The position numbers were made by a program, and so were the translations under genes. This document shows positions 1 to 9,084 of a DNA stretch of 64,000 bases, piece after piece. Every line of letters begins with the position of its first letter. The first letter of the stretch is position 1. Below the pieces are notes generated by a model. The model had not been told where the DNA came from and did no database searches. It was given only the letters and a program-made list of their open reading frames with translations. Origin of the DNA: a virus (taxonomy: Duplodnaviria; Caudoviricetes); the IMG/VR virus record IMGVR_UViG_3300032073_000024, positions 327 through 64,326 of that record. One strand, 5' to 3'.

Positions 1-1372
1 AACTAATCCGCTCTGTTCCACCATACTGGAAAATAGCTCTGCCAGATCCCGGTGGAATAATGTTAATGCGTCCATCTGCGTTGGTTCCCGTTGGTGTAAT
101 TGTTAACTGTGCCGCTGCATTAGTAGAGGTTAGTGATAAATGACCTTCGTTTTTCAGCGTCATTTTAACCGCTGGCGAACCAGTGTTATCTGTTATGAAA
201 TGGAAATCGCCTTTGTTAGTAGCGTTAGTGTACTGGTAGGCTATTCTTCCATCAGCATTCCTAGCTCGGAAATCTAAATTAGCATAAACATTGTCAGCCT
301 CAGCGGAGTTGTAAATCATCAACCCCTTGCCAGCAGCACCGCCACTTAAACCGTCTTCTGTTACATTTGTATCTGTCCGTGCGTAAACTACAGAAAGGGT
401 TTTATTCGGTGCTGTGCTTCCTATGCCTACCGAATCACTTCCGATAGTCATCACCGCACTATTGTTGTCCCAGAATTGAGTTTTTAAATTAGATGCGTCA
501 GCAACAATGCGTCCGACTATAGTATGATCTAGTCTTCTCCAAATTAAAGCTGATGAAGTTCCTGAGTTAGTTGGAACGTCAATGTAGGTAGTGTTGTCAA
601 TGTAGACATTATTGTTAACTTTTAATGGTTTACTTAAAACAACTTGTCCAGCAGAACCATCGCATCTTAAATATTCAGCAGGGGTGTGATGAGATGTAGC
701 AGCATATAAAGCAATATCGTAACTCGTTGTCGCTCCACTACTGTTGTATCCCGCTCCAATAACTATATCATTAGCCCATGTGTAAAATCTGGTTGCTCCA
801 TCGTAAACGATTTTGGAGTTCCAGTTCATATCAGTGGAACCAATCTGAACCTGACCGTTTGATCTCCAGCTAATCTGAGGAGTACCTCCTCCTGTTGCTA
901 CTGAGAAATCTGCTGTGCCGCCATTATTGTCTGCACCGTTGATTGTTGCTTTACCACTAAATCCAGCAGTGGTTCCAGACAGTGCGGCAAAGGTGCAGCT
1001 TCCTGCTACGGTTAGGTTGTTACCGATTGTTACTGTTCCAGTATTTCCGACAGAAAGACGCACTGCCCTTGACCCAGCACTGCCAGTTTCAATACTAGCG
1101 TTGTAGCCGCTTAATACTGTTCCGTTAGATGCGTGTTTATAAAGAAACGCTTCGCCTCCAGCGGTACTAGGAGTTGTGTTGGTGCTAAGAGCTAACGCAC
1201 CCGTGATTGTGCCGCCAGCGAGAGGAAGATGATCGTTTAAATGCAGGACACCATTGCCAGCAGCATTGCCGACCCAGAGCTTTTTATCTGTGAGATTAAC
1301 TGCTAACTCGCCAGCGTCTAAGCTACTAGGTGCGCCGCTGGTATTGCGCTTAATCTGAATTGTGTTAGCCAT
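1..1372 (-). CDS. Tail fibre protein, N-terminal part (runs off window start)
   Basis: Not in the ORF track. ATG at 1372 gives MANTIQIKRNTSGAPSSLDAGELAVN...LPLAGGTITG; the same frame reads FQYGGTERIS at the window edge. Gly/Ser/Thr-rich fibre-type sequence. Confidence 0.8.
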   Translation of the reverse strand, partial: MANTIQIKRNTSGAPSSLDAGELAVNLTDKKLWVGNAAGNGVLHLNDHLPLAGGTITGALALSTNTTPSTAGGEAFLYKHASNGTVLSGYNASIETGSAGSRAVRLSVGNTGTVTIGNNLTVAGSCTFAALSGTTAGFSGKATINGADNNGGTADFSVATGGGTPQISWRSNGQVQIGSTDMNWNSKIVYDGATRFYTWANDIVIGAGYNSSGATTSYDIALYAATSHHTPAEYLRCDGSAGQVVLSKPLKVNNNVYIDNTTYIDVPTNSGTSSALIWRRLDHTIVGRIVADASNLKTQFWDNNSAVMTIGSDSVGIGSTAPNKTLSVVYARTDTNVTEDGLSGGAAGKGLMIYNSAEADNVYANLDFRARNADGRIAYQYTNATNKGDFHFITDNTGSPAVKMTLKNEGHLSLTSTNAAAQLTITPTGTNADGRINIIPPGSGRAIFQYGGTERIS

Positions 1373-1375
1373 CTG

Positions 1376-2425
1376 TTACGAATATGTTCCACAATCTATT
1401 GTTAGGTTTGCTGGTTCTTTTGTTTTTACCCAGGTGCTTCCGTTTGATTCAAGAATTCCGTATGAATTTGTACCTGAAGAAGTATGCCCAAAACCAGCTA
1501 TAGTGTTTAAGTCAGCATCATAAGCTTGAACATCTCCACCTATTGTTAAGCCAAGAGCAGTTCTAGCCCCGCTAACTTGTGTAGCACCAGTACCACCTTT
1601 TGTTATTGGAAGGGTTCCGTTTATAGATGACGCACCTAAGTTGACACGCATCTGTGTATTGTGAATCTCTAAGCCACCGTTTGTGGTTAAAGCTGCATTT
1701 AAAGTATTACCACTCTTACTAATCCCATTTCCAGCAACTATCTGACCAGCCCCAGAAAATTGGGTAAACTGAATAGCAGTGGTTCCAATTGTAATTACAT
1801 TGTTGGTTGTTAAAACAAATCCATTATCAGCATTTACAGTACCCTCCTCAACAAACACAAAAGCATTTGCAGTTACCTCATCGTTCTCATTAAAGTCAGT
1901 TGCCCTTGAAAAGTTATGTCCTGACGTAGTGTAAACATAAATACCATTCCCTGCTGATGCCGCATCATTAGAGGCTTGTGACTTAACTAAAACACGATCC
2001 CCTTCAGCTAGAGTTACACCATCAATTACATTTTGCCCTCCACTTGTTGACCCTCCATAACTAGCAGGGAACCCACTAGGCATTGCTGCTGTTGTGGCAA
2101 CTCGCACTGATTCTTTTATATCTAATCCTTGTGCATGAGAATCCACATATTGTTTATTGGCAGCGTCTAAAGTATTTGTAGGAGCAGCAAGATTGGTAAT
2201 TTTCTGGCTGTTCATAGACAAACTACCAGTAGGAGCAATTAGGTTATTAATTGCTCCACCAATAATGTGCATTGAACTAGCAGAGTAATTAGGCGCACCA
2301 CCCTCGGTTCCAGCACCTATATACAAAGCTTTACTGCCTTCAGCATAAGCTATCTCACCTTGCCTTAAATTTGGGTTTGGCGCAGATGATCCAGTGCTAC
2401 GCTTAATTTTAATTGTATTACTCAT
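1376..2425 (-). CDS. Tail fibre-associated structural protein
   Basis: N-terminus TIKIKRS...GEIAY resembles that of the adjacent fibre. DAANKQYVD, SVRVATT, GDRVLVK and NGIYV motifs are typical of phage tail proteins. Confidence 0.75.
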   Translation of the reverse strand: MSNTIKIKRSTGSSAPNPNLRQGEIAYAEGSKALYIGAGTEGGAPNYSASSMHIIGGAINNLIAPTGSLSMNSQKITNLAAPTNTLDAANKQYVDSHAQGLDIKESVRVATTAAMPSGFPASYGGSTSGGQNVIDGVTLAEGDRVLVKSQASNDAASAGNGIYVYTTSGHNFSRATDFNENDEVTANAFVFVEEGTVNADNGFVLTTNNVITIGTTAIQFTQFSGAGQIVAGNGISKSGNTLNAALTTNGGLEIHNTQMRVNLGASSINGTLPITKGGTGATQVSGARTALGLTIGGDVQAYDADLNTIAGFGHTSSGTNSYGILESNGSTWVKTKEPANLTIDCGTYS

Positions 2426-2646
2426 TAGAAAAATCCTCCATCAGTTGTTTTATTAAATAGTTCTTGGGTGTTAAGGGTTCCAACAGCATCGCCTTCTATA
2501 CCGAGAATGTTTTTTAATGCGTTTTTTGAAACCGAAGATACACTGTGGCGATCTATTCCAGACTGAATAACTTCAATGTGGCCCCTTTTTGATCCAGTCA
2601 AAGGGTTCTCTTTAAAGATCGCGTTATTGAATGCTTGAGTAGACAT
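2425..2646 (-). CDS. Hypothetical protein
   Basis: 73-aa ORF coupled to the downstream gene; ends DGGFF like many small tail proteins. Confidence 0.6.
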   Translation of the reverse strand: MSTQAFNNAIFKENPLTGSKRGHIEVIQSGIDRHSVSSVSKNALKNILGIEGDAVGTLNTQELFNKTTDGGFF

Positions 2647-2683
2647 CTCAAGAAGGACAATAACATTTTACTATAGGTTTTGA

Positions 2684-3220
2684 CTACTGTTCTGGGTCTG
2701 GAACATTCACTTGAACATTGTTCTGAACAGGAACTACAACATGCTCAGGGCCAAAGCTTTGGAATTTTCTTTGATCTCCGGTTTGCTCAATCATTTTCTG
2801 GTTAGCCATTTTGTATATCAATTCTGCATTCCTGCTAATCTGATTAGCTAACCCTGTTCCAGCCATTGCGGCTTTAATTTTAACCTCATCATCTTCAGAA
2901 TCTTGAGCTACATCAAGGGCGACCTCCATTAACCTATCTAGCCTATCATCTGAAACTAAAACCCTACCAAGTGCAACTTTGATTGCGCCATGTTGCTCCG
3001 CAGCTATCCCGACATCGCGTAAAGCCTTAACTGTCTTATCCCCGATCCTTGAAAGGCCAAGTTCTTTAGCTGCATCATCAACTTCTTTTGCAGTAAGCTT
3101 AGGTGAGTCAGCACTAGCTTTCCCTACCTCTGCTATACTGTCACAGGATAATGTTTCAGTTTCTTCGGATATGGTCTCCCCATCCGTACTCTCTGGCGAT
3201 TGGGCCGATGTTATCTTCAT
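2684..3220 (-). CDS. Hypothetical helical protein (possible terminase small subunit)
   Basis: 178-aa ORF; the function is a guess from size and the C-terminal QNNVQVN tail only. Confidence 0.5.
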   Translation of the reverse strand: MKITSAQSPESTDGETISEETETLSCDSIAEVGKASADSPKLTAKEVDDAAKELGLSRIGDKTVKALRDVGIAAEQHGAIKVALGRVLVSDDRLDRLMEVALDVAQDSEDDEVKIKAAMAGTGLANQISRNAELIYKMANQKMIEQTGDQRKFQSFGPEHVVVPVQNNVQVNVPDPEQ

Positions 3221-3380
3221 TTTCTCTTAACCAGCAATCTGCTGGGTACTTTGCTTTTAAAGGCATCCAACAAAGACACCCCATTGGGCTTTCACTTGCC
3301 GTCCCGCTCTCCGCGCTCCCACAAGTCTTTAAGACTGGATGGAATAATGGGCATCGGTGGCACTTCCTTAAACGAGCCAT
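3156..3380 (-). CDS. Small Cys-rich (Zn-binding) protein
   Basis: From ATG 3380: RLRKCHRCP...TCG...GCLCWMPLKAKYPADCW, a common small phage Zn-finger pattern. Confidence 0.6.
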   Translation of the reverse strand: MARLRKCHRCPLFHPVLKTCGSAESGTASESPMGCLCWMPLKAKYPADCWLRENEDNIGPIAREYGWGDHIRRN

Positions 3381-4239
3381 ATAAAGCCCCCTCCTCCCTT
3401 TCTTCAATTTCTTCTTTACTAGTATCACCGACAACATATGTAGAGCCGACTTTAGGAGCCGTTGGACGCACTTTCCCTTTTGGGATGTGCGGCACAAGAT
3501 AATCGCCGCTTGTGTTGCTGCCGTGACGAACAGCCGCAGCCGGAATAGTCGTTTGCGTAACATGATTAAGAAAATACTTTAATATCCTTTTAGAGAACTT
3601 CCTGACAAGCTGAGTAAATCTGGTTGCATATTTGTACGCCCCTAATGATTTACGCTGATCTTTCTCATATGCTTTTACTAATTTTAACCATTGGTCGTTA
3701 GGTGCGAAAGCTATACACCATCCGTGGTGTTTATCTCCATCTTTCATTTCTATTAAGTCAGAATTAAATAGCTCCGAGTCCCAACCAACATTTATTAAAA
3801 ATGGCTCAATTAAAGGATTAGGCGTTTTCTTTAAAGCAGAAGCAAGCCTAGGAAACTTAGCTAACATTATTTCCCTCCAATTAGCCCTATAAGGAACTGC
3901 ATACAACTCACCAAATCCAAGCTTAATAGGTTTATGTGCGTCAAGAAGGTACGCAGGGGCTTCTTGTATCATTGCCGCCCAAACCGCTTGGAAAACACTA
4001 GCTTTACCTCCAACTCTCTGAACAACAAAATTTACAAAGTCTGTCGTTTTCTCCTTACTTTCTTTCCTTGTTTCTTTTTCCAGTTTACTAAGTGATCCCT
4101 TAGCCACTCCGCTTCCTTCTCTGCCTCCTCTTTTGTCGGATGAACCACCTTCAAGACAATCGGAAACTGCATTTTTATTAATCTTTGCCCTGCTGGAGTC
4201 AGTTCCTTCATTGCTGGATTCTTTGTCATTACCCACCAT
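3292..4239 (-). CDS. Hypothetical protein
   Basis: 315-aa ORF; the true start is probably downstream of 4239 because the N-terminus overlaps ORF 4032-4277. Confidence 0.6.
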   Translation of the reverse strand: MVGNDKESSNEGTDSSRAKINKNAVSDCLEGGSSDKRGGREGSGVAKGSLSKLEKETRKESKEKTTDFVNFVVQRVGGKASVFQAVWAAMIQEAPAYLLDAHKPIKLGFGELYAVPYRANWREIMLAKFPRLASALKKTPNPLIEPFLINVGWDSELFNSDLIEMKDGDKHHGWCIAFAPNDQWLKLVKAYEKDQRKSLGAYKYATRFTQLVRKFSKRILKYFLNHVTQTTIPAAAVRHGSNTSGDYLVPHIPKGKVRPTAPKVGSTYVVGDTSKEEIEEREEGALYGSFKEVPPMPIIPSSLKDLWERGERDGK

Positions 4240-4277
4240 TTATCGTCTTTTTGTATTACAAATATTTCTTGCTGCAC
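4032..4277 (-). CDS. Hypothetical protein
   Basis: 81-aa ORF directly downstream of the leftward promoter candidate. Confidence 0.5.
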   Translation of the reverse strand: MQQEIFVIQKDDKWWVMTKNPAMKELTPAGQRLIKMQFPIVLKVVHPTKEEAEKEAEWLRDHLVNWKKKQGKKVRRKRQTL

Positions 4278-4290
4278 ACTGTATGGATTA

Positions 4291-4336
4291 AGTATGCTCT
4301 ATCTGTTTGACAAGTGTCAACTAGTCTTGCTATTGT
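4291..4336. promoter_or_regulatory. Divergent overlapping sigma70-type promoter pair
   Basis: Dyad TTGACA-AG-TGTCAA (4307-4320) supplies a -35 on both strands. Rightward -10 is TGcTATTGT (4328-4336), leftward -10 is CATACT (4296-4291), both with 18-bp spacers. It lies exactly at the strand switch. Confidence 0.6.
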
Positions 4337-4929
4337 TCTGTCTACATATTTTCTGGCGCATGGAACCGACGCGCCAGCAAGTTGGAGGGGCTACCTGAAT
4401 AAGGGGCTAAGTTGCAGAAAACTGTTAATACCAATAACTTGTCAAACTCCTCAACCGATGCTCCCTTATTAAGAAGGGAACCGCCAGTGGTCGCAAGACC
4501 AGAGTACCTTGTTTACGGATTTACAGACTGACCGGAATCCGCTAGTTCCAGCTACGCAAGGGTGTCGCCTTAACGCTTACCGAAACTATGCCGGAAGCTG
4601 GCCTTACTCCTCCTTCAGGGGGAGTCTTGTGCCTTTCGCCCCTCCTCTAACCGGAAGCTTACTTCACATTAACTTTAATAAGCTTTACCTTAAAAATTAA
4701 ACGCTTACTTCAGTAATTCTTGGGTAGCTTTACACTAACTGTAATGAGTCTAATATAATTTATATGTTGCAATTTGTGGAACTATGTATTTAATTCTTGC
4801 AACGTGAGTCGCTATTTGATACGTTCTGGTGACGGACATGGTAGCATTTACAGATGTGAATCATGTCATGAAACGTACTACTCACCGCTAGAAATATCTG
4901 TACCAATATGCATCAAATGTATTTTCATA

Positions 4930-5130
4930 ATGAGGAACCGTGCAATCCTAATGGACAACTACGGGAAATCAAACAGAGATGTTCTAGAGGAGAATACCTT
5001 GAAGACTCAATCTCAGGTTGCAGAAATTATGGGTATCTCCAGACAGAGGGTACAGCAAATAGAAATTTATGCTTTAAGTAAAGTTAGAGCATATATAGTA
5101 AAATCAGCAGAAACATATATACCATTACTT
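4930..5130 (+). CDS. Sigma70 region-4-like HTH segment, in frame with downstream SSB
   Basis: TQSQVAEIMGISRQRVQQIEIYALSKVR matches the sigma70 r4 HTH pattern; there is no stop before the SSB start. Confidence 0.55.
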
Positions 5131-5481
5131 ATGAATAGTTGTGCAATAGCAGGGACATTGGTACGTGACGCAGTCGTCCGTAAATCAGCAAAGACAGGCA
5201 GTGAATTTCTTACTGCTACAATAAAAACAGAAAAACCATCACCTAAAGGAGATGGTACAACTTTCTCTACATACTGGGATGTGCTTAGTTTTGGAGAAAG
5301 GGCAGTTAATCTAGTTCTAAATCTTAAAGAAGGAACTCCAGTGTTTGCATCTGGAGAAGTAGAGTGTAGAACGTATGAAGCTAAGGACGGTACTACAAAG
5401 GCTGGCCTAAAGCTTGTAGGTAATTTGGGACTTCTATCTGGAGTTTCAAAAGACGGGGGCGTTGAGGAACCCGTTTTTTAA
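5131..5481 (+). CDS. ssb: Single-stranded DNA-binding protein
   Basis: MNSCAIAGTLVRD...LKEGTPVFASGEV..RTYEAKDG OB-fold pattern with an acidic tail ending EEPVF. Confidence 0.85.
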   Translation: MNSCAIAGTLVRDAVVRKSAKTGSEFLTATIKTEKPSPKGDGTTFSTYWDVLSFGERAVNLVLNLKEGTPVFASGEVECRTYEAKDGTTKAGLKLVGNLGLLSGVSKDGGVEEPVF

Positions 5482-5529
5482 TGCGGTTAGTTGTTATTAA
5501 TGGTTGTACTTCTTTGGTTGAGGAGTATG

Positions 5530-5564
5530 GGGAGGGGAGGTAGAAATATCTCCCCTTTCTTTTT
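5530..5564 (+). terminator. Intrinsic terminator after ssb
   Basis: ggggagg...tctcccc stem followed by tttcttttt. Confidence 0.55.
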
Positions 5565-5728
5565 AGTAAGATGTCTAAAGAATCAGAAATGAGTATAAAA
5601 GAAATTAGAATTTATATTGAATCTAATATAAAAAATACAAGTGATGTTACCGCTTCAAGAATATATGAAGTAATGACAGGAAGTATTGCTATGAATAAAA
5701 ACAAAAAAAACAATATTAGAGTAATAAC

Positions 5729-5956
5729 ATGATAGATAATATACCTACAATAGGTTATTTCAACTTAGATGATATGCCAAATAAAGATCCTAAACTAAAC
5801 AAAGCAATAACTAAGCATCAGTTTAGATTGCTTGAATCAAAAATTGAATGCTTAACTAAAGCTATTGATAAACATAAAAAAGATACTCCAGATGAAGATG
5901 TTAGAATATGTGACCAGAAGCTTTGGTCTGCTGGGGAAATGATAAACTACAGATGA
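5729..5956 (+). CDS. Hypothetical protein
   Basis: 75-aa ORF in an overlapping gene chain. Confidence 0.6.
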   Translation: MIDNIPTIGYFNLDDMPNKDPKLNKAITKHQFRLLESKIECLTKAIDKHKKDTPDEDVRICDQKLWSAGEMINYR

Positions 5957-6354
5957 GTTCATATATAGGAGTGCCTATTCCTGAAAGAGTTATGATATCT
6001 AACCAAGGAAATAATACAGATAAAGTAGCTGAAAATGCTTTTAAATTATTAGGGACTAAAGAACCTATGACTCTTGAAGCTTTAAGGGTAATGATGGAGT
6101 GTGCTGTTTTGTTTGATAAGAAGCAACATGACTATGGTTCTAGGAATATTGCAGGCTGGGACAATAAAAATCAGAACATGTTTGGCGTACTAGTGCGTCT
6201 TAATGATAAGATACAGAGGTTAGCCAACTTGCTTGAGAAAGAAAGGAATGGGGAAAACCCACAAGTTGAAAATGAAAAATTATCAGACACCGCACAAGAC
6301 ATATGCAATTACGGGGCAATTCTAGAATTATTAGTGACGAACCGCTGGAAGTAA
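5953..6354 (+). CDS. Nucleotide-modification-associated domain 1 (DUF1599/Nmad1-like) protein
   Basis: KKQHDYG...VRLNDKIQRLANL...DTAQDICNY signature; probable start at ATG 5953. Confidence 0.75.
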   Translation: MSSYIGVPIPERVMISNQGNNTDKVAENAFKLLGTKEPMTLEALRVMMECAVLFDKKQHDYGSRNIAGWDNKNQNMFGVLVRLNDKIQRLANLLEKERNGENPQVENEKLSDTAQDICNYGAILELLVTNRWK

Positions 6355-6617
6355 AAGAAGTCACATTAGACATAACAGATAAAGATTATCTTGATGATGC
6401 TATATCTGGAATCCAGCAAATAGTATCCGAAGAGTTAGTAGAGTTAGGATTAATAGAGATTGAAGTATCAGGTGAAAATATTGAGAATTTAACTGAAATG
6501 CTTTCTCCTTTTACATCTTTCCTTCTAGGTAGACTAGTAACTCTTATGGATTTAAAGAGAGAACTGTATTCTGAGGACAGAATGCTACCTTGGGTTAAGA
6601 AACCAAAGAACAATTAA
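6303..6617 (+). CDS. Hypothetical acidic protein
   Basis: ORF in the gene chain; start uncertain. Confidence 0.5.
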   Translation: MQLRGNSRIISDEPLEVKEVTLDITDKDYLDDAISGIQQIVSEELVELGLIEIEVSGENIENLTEMLSPFTSFLLGRLVTLMDLKRELYSEDRMLPWVKKPKNN

Positions 6618-6618
6618 A

Positions 6619-7026
6619 ATGATCGCGCCTAAAGAATTAAAAGTATTAGGTCTTAACTATAAAGTTCTTTATGCTTCACTAGAAGAAGTAGGCCAAGACA
6701 AGCTGGGTTGGTGTGACACTACCAGCCTTATGATTTATATCGTAGCTGATCAACCCAAATCAGCTTTAGCTAACACCTTTATTCATGAAGTTATCCATGC
6801 AATTAATTACAGCATGGGAATAAGCTCTGGAGATGAAGAGAATCTTACTAATAGATTAGCTAACGGCCTAACAGCTTTCTTTAAGGAAAACCCAGAGGCT
6901 CATAAATGGTGGACAAGCCTCCTTAAAGAGCCTACAAAAAGAAAAACTAACAGGAAGCCAGCCGTAAAGAAAAAGCTCGGCAGAAAGCCTCTGAAGAGTA
7001 AAAAGAAATCTAATGGAAAAGGATAA
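6619..7026 (+). CDS. HExxH zincin-like metallopeptidase-domain protein
   Basis: NTFIHEVIHA plus a downstream EE motif. Confidence 0.7.
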   Translation: MIAPKELKVLGLNYKVLYASLEEVGQDKLGWCDTTSLMIYIVADQPKSALANTFIHEVIHAINYSMGISSGDEENLTNRLANGLTAFFKENPEAHKWWTSLLKEPTKRKTNRKPAVKKKLGRKPLKSKKKSNGKG

Positions 7027-7201
7027 ATCTCCTAGTGAATTATTAACTCCCGGCAGTATTGCTGCCGTTGGAAGAGGATGCACGTGTCCTGTCCCTGATA
7101 ACCGCAATGGTAGAGGATGGGAGGGTGACGATGGTAAGGCAGTTTTCTATTTAGCAGACAATTGCCCTATGCATAGGCCCAAAAATAAAGATAAGGATTA
7201 A
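7013..7201 (+). CDS. Small Cys-containing phage protein
   Basis: PGS.AA..GCTCPV.DN..GRG...CPMH, a pattern seen in phage hypotheticals. Confidence 0.65.
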   Translation: MEKDKSPSELLTPGSIAAVGRGCTCPVPDNRNGRGWEGDDGKAVFYLADNCPMHRPKNKDKD

Positions 7202-7243
7202 ATGGGTGTCCCTAGTAGGGAGGATTAACTATCCAACACCCGT

Positions 7244-7280
7244 ACCCCCGCCCTATAAGTGTAGGTGTCGGGGGTTTTTT
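7244..7280 (+). terminator. Intrinsic terminator
   Basis: acccccg...cgggggt stem followed by a T run, at the end of the gene block. Confidence 0.65.
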
Positions 7281-8184
7281 GCATTAATGTTCCACTTACT
7301 CTTAATATTCTTAGCTTGATCTACGGCATTTTTTAAAATTCTCTCTGCCTGACTGTCTGGATGTGTCTGTTCTACTTTCTTTAAAGCCAATACTAAGTTC
7401 ATAAGCAAATCTTCCATAAGGGGAGGGCATTATACACACCATATGTTTCCCCGACCAAGAGTATTCAGATAAAGGTTTTTAGTAATTGGCTCAGAAAACC
7501 CGAAAACCCATATATATATAGCTGGTGGGCGGGGGCTGCCGCCCCCGGTGGTGGGGTGGGCTGGCTGGAATTGCCCAAACCGGCGCGAAGTAAGGCTAAT
7601 TAGTAGAGTTTTAAGCGTGGAAACACGTTTACCCCTGTGTTTATTAGGTAAAATGCATAATACTTATTATGCGTTGGGGCAAAATGTGGGACAATCTAAA
7701 GCAAACCGGGCAAAAAATTGCACGAAGTGGATAGATAGAACACACATAAGGGGACAAAAACCGTACCAAGTCTTTTACTTATACTGTAACAGTATACAAA
7801 AACCTTAATGAATCCTTAGTTTCTGGGGTTTTCACGTGGTGTCATGGGAATTACAGACTTGAACCTACCAGCAGAAACAAAGGACTGGTTCATCATTGCC
7901 CATCGTGGTCAGGCCCACGTTAAGAATCGCCGCCCTTCGGGGACTTGCTAGGATCTGGCAAGTGTTAAAAAATGAACTCGGCCCGCCGCCGGTAATGCCC
8001 TTCGGGGACTTGGAACTCTTTGGCCAAGTGCGGGACTATTTTACACCTTCGGGGAATCTTGGCGGATTTGGTAATTTAGTAGGTGAGGGAACGACCTAGC
8101 AATCCCATCGCTCTACCAACTGAGTTGGCTGCGGTATGTCCCGCAGAAAAACCAACCAAATAGCAAATTGCTGCGCGGAAATGA

Positions 8185-8411
8185 CCAGTAAAAACAATGG
8201 ATCTAGCGTGAGTTTGAAGACCAGCAAATTGCAAACAGTACGGAAAAGGGCAGCCGATCAATGACAAAACATCCGGCCAAGGTTTAAAGAGATTAAACAC
8301 TTACGACCTACCGATTGAGCCATCAAACAACCAGTAAAAACAAGGAAAGCTTTTGGCTAATCAATCAATAAAATCCTAGAAACAGTAAAAGAATTGTGCC
8401 AGTAAAAACAA
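8185..8411 (+). repeat. Three direct repeats CCAGTAAAAACAA
   Basis: Exact 13-mers at 8185, 8331 and 8399; a related copy CCAGCAGAAACAA at 7868. Confidence 0.75.
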
Positions 8412-8423
8412 GGACTCAATTCT

Positions 8424-8480
8424 TTATACTGTCTCTCTTAGCTTATACTGTCACAGTATAGGTTAAGAGAGATAGTATAA
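8424..8480 (+). other. 28-bp imperfect inverted repeat centred on a dyad copy
   Basis: TTATACTGTCTCTCTTAGCTTATACTGT-C-ACAGTATAGGTTAAGAGAGATAGTATAA; three mismatches, all G-T. Confidence 0.85.
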
Positions 8481-8532
8481 GCGGTTTTATACTACTCAAT
8501 TAACAATCAACCAAAAGAAAGAATTAATTATT

Positions 8533-9054
8533 ATGACAAAGATAACAAAAAAAGTACGTGAAGGATTATTAACAGCAATATTCACAGCAACTCAGGATGC
8601 ATCATCAAAGCAAGATATATACAACAAAAGTGAACAGAAGTTCGGTGAAGTTGTATGGCAAGCAATGGTCAAAATCATAGGGGCAAAAAACCTAACAACT
8701 GATATGTATGGCAAGGACAAAGAGAATAAGGAAAATATTGATGCGCTTGTCAAAGAGATCAAAGGTAAAGCTGTTGAGGGCGGGTTTAGTAATAGCCATG
8801 CTGGTAATACTATCAGCGCAGTTCTGAAGGAAAACGGTTTAGAGCGCAGGAAAGTTAAAAAAGATCCTGAAACTACTGAAGAGGCTGAAGTAGTAGAGGA
8901 AAACGTAGCTGTTGAAGTCAAGAAGGACGCTGAAAACTGGGAAAAAGCATACGCTTACACCTTGAATCTATCTGGTCAAGATTTGACAGATGCTAAGGCA
9001 ATGGCTTTGAAAGTTTATAGAGCATTTGAAGCAGCAATGAAGAAAGACGCTTAA
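8533..9054 (+). CDS. Hypothetical early protein
   Basis: 173-aa ORF, first gene after the non-coding region, followed by a UUCG hairpin. Confidence 0.8.
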   Translation: MTKITKKVREGLLTAIFTATQDASSKQDIYNKSEQKFGEVVWQAMVKIIGAKNLTTDMYGKDKENKENIDALVKEIKGKAVEGGFSNSHAGNTISAVLKENGLERRKVKKDPETTEEAEVVEENVAVEVKKDAENWEKAYAYTLNLSGQDLTDAKAMALKVYRAFEAAMKKDA

Positions 9055-9062
9055 TATTAGTG

Positions 9063-9084
9063 AGACTCCTTCGGGAGTCTTTCT
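9063..9084 (+). terminator. cUUCGg hairpin, probable terminator
   Basis: agactcc-ttcg-ggagtct followed by ttct. Confidence 0.55.

Larger units (their letters stand above)
7281..8532. other. Long non-coding control region (candidate genome terminus/pac or origin)
   Basis: About 1.25 kb without a convincing ORF. Contains a G-rich tract at 7521-7562, repeated hairpins, direct repeats and two dyad copies, and precedes the early small-gene cluster. Confidence 0.5.

Noticed and set aside
1030-1044. Possible additional dyad TTACTGTTCCAGTAT
   Set aside because: Two mismatches, one of which breaks the inner core symmetry, inside a coding region; could be chance, so it was not counted.
7548-8300. Short ORFs 7548-7808, 7896-8099 and 8076-8300
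   Set aside because: Non-ATG starts, atypical composition and overlap with hairpins and repeats; more likely non-coding.
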